Origin: the human T2T-CHM13v2.0 reference genome, Homo sapiens
DNA: 64,000 bases
Direction: 5' to 3' (one strand)
Assembly: GCF_009914755.1 (NCBI RefSeq)
Contig: NC_060932.1
The translations under genes and the position numbers were made by a program. The notes under the pieces were generated by a model. The model saw nothing but the letters and a program-made list of their open reading frames with translations. It did no database searches and had not been told where the DNA came from. The first letter of the stretch is position 1. Every line of letters begins with the position of its first letter. Positions 63,917 to 64,000 of the stretch are shown here, one piece after another.

Positions 63917-64000
63917 GTAATCTCAGAAACATGTTTATGCTGTATCTACTCAACTAACTGTGCTGAACATTTCTATTGATAGAGCAGTTTTGAGACACTC

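Larger units (their letters stand above)
1..64000 (+). repeat. Centromeric alpha-satellite higher-order repeat array (~171-bp monomers, dimeric SF2-like organisation)
   Basis: Alphoid consensus motifs (AGCATTCTCAGAAAC, GAGTTGAAC, GGATATTTGG, GAAAAAGGAAATATCT) recur every ~170 bp throughout. CENP-B-box and pJ-alpha-type monomers mostly alternate. Near-identical ORFs recur at 1193, 1356 and 2549 bp spacings. Confidence 0.99.
1..64000 (+). repeat. D8Z2: Probable identity: human chromosome 8 active centromeric array D8Z2 (S2C8H1L), 7-/8-mer-rich interior
   Basis: There are 11 distinct monomer types, and the 7-mer and 8-mer each derive from an 11-mer by one hybrid monomer. 7+8 gives a 2549-bp 15-mer. 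D8Z2 is known to have 4-, 7-, 8- and 11-mer HORs and a ~2.5-kb 15-mer. This is inferred from structure, not from alignment. Confidence 0.8.

Noticed and set aside
15-64000. CRISPR-like pattern of a constant ~23-bp repeat (TGAGGATTTCGTTGGAAACGG) with variable intervening sequence
   Set aside because: The repeat is the CENP-B box region. The intervening 150-320 bp stretches are homologous alphoid monomers, not unique spacers, and there are no cas genes.
1-64000. Transposon insertion, inversion or non-satellite island
   Set aside because: The unit lengths account for all of 1081-63916, and the boxes read on the + strand throughout. No poly-A tail or foreign sequence was seen.
1-64000. Alternative assignment to other SF2 arrays with 7-, 11- or 15-mers (chr9 D9Z4, chr15 D15Z3)
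   Set aside because: The free mixing of 7- and 8-mers derived from one 11-mer fits D8Z2 better. It is not formally excluded without alignment.

Overview
The whole 64 kb is one uninterrupted, single-orientation human-type centromeric alpha-satellite array: about 377 monomers of ~171 bp, with CENP-B boxes TTTCGTTGGAAACGGGA on the + strand. I see no genes, transposon insertions or inversions, and every ORF in the track is a repeat artefact. Phased at the motif GTAATCT(C/G)AGAAACATG, the window holds 49 complete higher-order repeat (HOR) units: 28 8-mers (1356 bp), 20 7-mers (1193 bp) and one 6-mer (1014 bp). Their lengths, with three small length variants, sum exactly to 1081-63916. Both main units are single-hybrid deletion derivatives of an 11-monomer parent that is absent here. 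This best fits the 7-/8-mer-rich interior of the active chromosome 8 array D8Z2 (S2C8H1L, SF2), an assignment made from recalled literature rather than alignment. The unit order is (7)-8-8-7-8-8-7-8-8-8-8-7-8-7-8-7-8-7-8-8-7-8-8-(7-8)x6-6-(7-8)x7. The array changes from an irregular 8-mer-rich layer to a regular 2549-bp 15-mer layer carrying a different SNP haplotype. I found no new gene system. The notable signals are structural: a one-off 6-mer whose junction lies inside a CENP-B box, the haplotype and architecture transition, mosaic HOR units, and patterned CENP-B box loss. The monomer letters A-K used below are my own labels.
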